A DNA stretch of 63,785 nucleotides, counting the filler, from Chiloscyllium plagiosum (taxonomy: Eukaryota): NCBI RefSeq assembly GCF_004010195.1. It is 5 parts of one record of this genome, joined end to end, with 100 filler letters (N's around TTAATTAATTAA, not from the genome) between each part and the next. Parts side by side here need not be neighbours in the genome. Positions count along the whole stretch, not along the records: positions 61,834 to 63,785 come from NC_057711.1; 4 more parts are not named here. One strand, given 5' to 3'. The stretch's first letter is position 1. Every line of letters begins with the position of its first letter. Shown piece after piece: positions 61,834-63,785 of the stretch. The position numbers and the translations under genes are program-made. Below the pieces are notes generated by a model, which was given only the letters and a program-made list of their open reading frames with translations, was not told the DNA's origin and made no database searches.

Positions 61834-63785
61834 ATCCTCCTCATATTTCACCCTGCCACCCAGCTTTGTATCATCAGCAAATTTGCTAATGTTATTATTA
61901 ATACCATCTTCTATATCATTAATATATATTGTAAAAAGCTGCGGTCCCAGCATTGATCCCTGTGGTAGCCCACTGGCCACCGCCTGCCATTCCGAATGGG
62001 AGCTGTTTATCACTACTCTTTGTTTCCTGTCAGCCAACCAATTTTCAATCCAAGTCAGTGCTTTTCCCCCAATACCATGAGCCTTAATTTTGCTCACTAA
62101 CCTCCTATGTGGGACTTTATCAAAGGCTTTCTGAAAGTCCAGGTACTCTACATCCATTGGATCGCCCTTGTCCATCTTCAGAGTTACATCCTCAAAAAAT
62201 TCCAGAAGATTAGTCAAGCATGATTTCCCCTTCATAAATCCATGCTGGCTCTGACCTATCCTGCTACTGCCATCCGGATGTGTTGTAATTTCATCCTTTA
62301 TAATTGACTCTAGCATCTTTCCCACCACTGAGGTCAGACTAACTGGTCTATAATTTCCTGCTTTCTCTCTCGTTCCTTTCTTAAAAAGTGGTACAACATT
62401 AGCCAGCTTCCAACCCACAGGAACTGATCCTGAATCTATCGAACTCTGGAAAATAATCACCAACGCATCCACGATTTCTCGAGCCACCTCCTTCAGTACC
62501 CTGGGATGTAGACCATCAGGCCCCGGGGACTTATCCGCCTTCAGACCTAACAGTGTCTCCAACACCAATTCCAGGCAAATATAAATTCCCTTCAGTTCAG
62601 GTTCTTCAGCCAATGTTACCTCAGGAAGATTGCTTGTGTCTTCCCCAGTGAACACCGATCTGAAGTACCAATTCAATTCTTCTGCCATTTCTTTGTTCCC
62701 CGTAATATATTCCCCTGTTTCTGTCTTCAAGGGCCCAATTTTAGTCTTAACCATTTTTTTCCCTTTCACATACCTAAAAAAGCCTTTACTATCCTCCTTT
62801 ATATTATTGGTCAGTTTACCTTCGTACCTCATTTTTTCTCTGTGTATTTCGTTCTTAGTAATCCTCTGTTGTTCTTTTAAAAACTTCCCAGTCCTCCGTT
62901 TTCCCACTTATCTTTGCTATGTTATACATTTTCTCTTTTGACTTTATATGTTTCTTAACTTCCTCCGTCAGCCACGGCCACCCATGCCTCCTCATAGGAT
63001 CTTTCTTCCTTTTTGGAATGAACTGATCCTGCATCTTCTGTATTATACCCAGAAATATCTGCCATTGTTCCTCCATTGTCATCCCTGCTAAGGTATCGCA
63101 CCATTGAATTTTGGCCAGCTCCTCCCTCATAGCTCCATAGTTCCCTTTATTCAACTGAAATATTGTCACTACCGATTGTACCCTCTCCCTTTCAAATTTC
63201 AGATTGAAGCTTATTGTATTATGGTCATAACTTCCCAATGGCTCCTTCACTTCAAGGTCCCTGATCAATTCTGGTTCATTGCACAATACCAGATCCAGAA
63301 TTGCCTTCTCCCTGGTAGGCTCCAGCACCAGCTGTTCTAAGAATCCATCTCTGAGGCACTCCACAAAGTCTCTTTCTTGAGATCCAATACCATCCTGATT
63401 CTCCCAATCTACCTGAATGTTGAAATCCCCCATAACAACTGTAGTAACATCTTTGCGACAGGCCAATTTCAGCTCCTTATTCAACTTACACCCTACATCC
63501 ATACTACTGTTTAAGGGCCTGTAGATAACTCCCAAGAGGGTCTTTCTACCCTTAGAATTTCTCAGCTCTAAACATACTGACTCTACATCCCCCGATTCTA
63601 GATCCCCCCGCGCAAGGGACTGAATATCATCCCTTACCAACAGGGCCACCCCATCCCCTCTGCACGTCAGTCTGTCCTTACGATAGCACGTATAGCCTTG
63701 AATATTCATTTCCCAGGCCCTGTCCACTTGAAGCCATGTCTCAGTTATCCCCACAATATCGTAGCTGCCAATTTCCAAAAGAGCC
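61834..63785 (-). mobile_element. Young CR1 ORF2 (EN and RT), apparently one frameshift near 62860-62905
   Basis: Overlapping ORFs 62855-63778 (EN: GITETWL, MGDFN, DHN) and 61834-62907 (RT: PQGSMLGP, KFADDT). Confidence 0.95.

Overview
Eukaryotic, repeat-saturated genomic DNA from a draft scaffold with seven N-gaps, four of them 100-bp placeholders carrying a TTAATTAATTAA linker. The repeat complement (HE1-type V-SINEs, CR1 LINEs with esterase ORF1, Penelope, Tx1, Rex/Babar) points to a cartilaginous fish (shark); this is inference. Most of the window is nested, decayed retroelements: many CR1 copies, a Tx1 cluster at 5.35-11.9 kb, three Penelope families, an L1, Rex/Babar LINEs, Gypsy remnants, a solo LTR, an ERV env/LTR remnant and a Tigger-like MITE. 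The only host-gene signal is a 93-nt first coding exon of an HPGD-like short-chain dehydrogenase (minus strand, 47854-47946). The most notable observations are: (i) a Tx1 element with a U2 snRNA-derived head that appears to encode ORF1 only, stacked with other Tx1 copies at what looks like one re-used target site in a CR1; (ii) minimal hammerhead-ribozyme motifs in Penelope termini and in ~200-bp palindromic, TSD-flanked mini-elements; (iii) a Gypsy remnant whose pol ends at RNase H (Gmr1-like). All family assignments are by eye with no database search, and boundaries of decayed repeats are approximate.
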